Below, in pieces: positions 62,909-64,000 of a stretch of 64,000 nucleotides of DNA. The translations under genes were made by a program, and so were the position numbers. The stretch lies in NCBI GenBank assembly GCA_965232015.1, contig OZ246946.1, positions 60,688 through 124,687 on the forward strand. Reading direction: 5' to 3'. This DNA comes from Vicinamibacteria bacterium. GTDB lineage: Bacteria > Acidobacteriota > Vicinamibacteria > Marinacidobacterales > Marinacidobacteraceae. How positions within the stretch are numbered: position 1 is the first letter of the stretch; the number at the start of each line of letters is the position of its first letter. The notes under the pieces were generated by a model that was not told where the DNA came from, ran no database searches, and worked only from the letters and a program-made list of their open reading frames with translations.

Positions 62909-64000
62909 ATGGCGCTCGCTGACATGATGAAGCGCAGGCTGCCGACCGGGATCCACAACCTCCGCGAGATCCGCCTGGGTGACTACTGCTATGTGGACAA
63001 GACGGAGTACATTGAGCGCCTCCTGGAAGTGGGGAAGCACTTCTTCCTCTCCCGGCCCCGGCGCTTCGGCAAGAGCCTGTTCCTCGACACCCTGAAGGAG
63101 CTCTTCGAGGGCAACGAGGCGCTGTTTCGCGGCCTCGCGATCCACGGCCGGTGGGACTGGACGATTCGCTATCCGGTGATCCGCCTCGACTTCGGCGGCG
63201 GGAACTACCGGAGCCTCGCCGGGGTCGAGAGCAGCGTCGCGGAGCAGCTCGGCGCCATCGAGTCCGCCGCCGGCGTCACCCCTCCCTATCCGTCCGCGCC
63301 GGAACGGTTCCGCCACCTGATCCGAACTCTTGCCCGAGAGCATGGTCGCCGCGTGGTCGTCCTCGTGGATGAGTACGACAAGCCCATCCTCGACGTGATC
63401 GCCGATCCGCAAGCGGCCGAGCGCAACCGCGACTTCCTCCGCGGCTTCTATGGGACGGTGAAGTCCATGGACGCGCACATCGAGTTCAGCTTCTTCACGG
63501 GAGTGAGCAAGTTCACCAAGGTGAGTCTCTTCTCCGAACTGAACAACCAGACGGACATCACGCTCGACCCGCGATTCGGCAACATCTGCGGCTACACCGA
63601 GGCGGACCTCGATCAGGTGTTTGCCTCCCACCTCGAAGGACTCGACCGGGAGCGCATCCGGGAGTGGTACAACGGCTATGGCTGGCTCGAGGACGAGCGG
63701 GTGTACAACCCGTACGACATCCTGCTTCTCTTCGACACGCGCAGGTTTCGGCCGCACTGGTTCGAGACCGGCTCGCCCGACTTCGTCATCCAGCTTCTGA
63801 AGGAGCGCCGCGTGTTCACACCATCGCTGGACGGCTTGCGGACGACTTGGGAACTGTTGTCGCGGTTCGACGTCCGGCGAATGGGAACCGAGGCCCTGCT
63901 GTTCCAGGTTGGCTATCTCACGGTCCTCGCGGAAGAGGAAGTCGCGGGCGAGAGCCGCTACCGGCTGGGCTATCCGAACCGGGAGGTGCGACAGAGCCTC
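62909..64000 (+). CDS. AAA-ATPase_like (PF09820-type) / PD-(D/E)XK_9 protein, 3' end beyond window
   Basis: Not in the track because there is no stop in the window. ATG at 62909 or 62924. LPTGIHNLREIRLGDYCYVDKTEYI, FFLSRPRRFGKSLFLDTL, VLVDEYDKP, FFTGVSKFTKVSLFSELNN, and WYNGY plus FETG motifs. Confidence 0.8.
   Translation, partial: MALADMMKRRLPTGIHNLREIRLGDYCYVDKTEYIERLLEVGKHFFLSRPRRFGKSLFLDTLKELFEGNEALFRGLAIHGRWDWTIRYPVIRLDFGGGNYRSLAGVESSVAEQLGAIESAAGVTPPYPSAPERFRHLIRTLAREHGRRVVVLVDEYDKPILDVIADPQAAERNRDFLRGFYGTVKSMDAHIEFSFFTGVSKFTKVSLFSELNNQTDITLDPRFGNICGYTEADLDQVFASHLEGLDRERIREWYNGYGWLEDERVYNPYDILLLFDTRRFRPHWFETGSPDFVIQLLKERRVFTPSLDGLRTTWELLSRFDVRRMGTEALLFQVGYLTVLAEEEVAGESRYRLGYPNREVRQSL

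Overview
High-GC bacterial chromosomal segment. Hand counts of single 60-nt lines range from 34/60 to 52/60 G+C. Gene content resembles Gemmatimonadota/Acidobacteriota-type genomes: giant CarboxypepD_reg/TonB-dependent-like outer-membrane proteins, a CRTAC1/ASPIC protein and a multihaem-TPR protein. This taxonomic guess is inference only. I support about 55 CDS, one tRNA-Phe(GAA), recA, two terminator-like hairpins and about 13 clusters of one dispersed repeat family.

Core and metabolic genes include:
- an amidohydrolase, an MFS transporter and an APC permease;
- lysine 6-aminotransferase next to a LysE exporter;
- a thiolase-hbd pair;
- a Tat-exported PaoABC-like molybdoenzyme operon with a MocA-like gene;
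- an M20 amidase and a YugP-like peptidase.

Accessory modules are interleaved with these:
- a complete Type I R-M cassette (hsdM-DUF1016-hsdS-hsdR-DUF45) of visibly lower GC, bracketed by an imperfect duplication of the 3' end of the neighbouring polyprenol-kinase-like gene;
- an AbiEii-like nucleotidyltransferase toxin;
- two PIN/VapC toxin-antitoxin pairs;
- three standalone ATPases;
- a decayed IS630-like fragment.

The most unusual signals are:
1. a REP/MITE-like repeat family built from a few modules (ATGGAGCGCCGGACTCCAGTCCGGCA; TGCCGGGCCCCCACCGGGAGAACTGGCG; TGCCGGCGCGCC). It fills most intergenic gaps, forms discrete elements with perfect 24-26-bp terminal inverted repeats, is amplified in tandem, and has leaked into coding sequence;
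2. a Tat-signal D-amino-acid-oxidase-like flavoprotein whose motif order indicates circular permutation;
3. an ATPase gene translationally coupled to a polyprenol-kinase-like membrane gene next to the R-M island;
4. a MocA-like gene whose conserved nucleotide-binding loop lies upstream of any canonical start codon.

Many long ORFs in the supplied track are antisense or read-through artefacts of high GC and were rejected.
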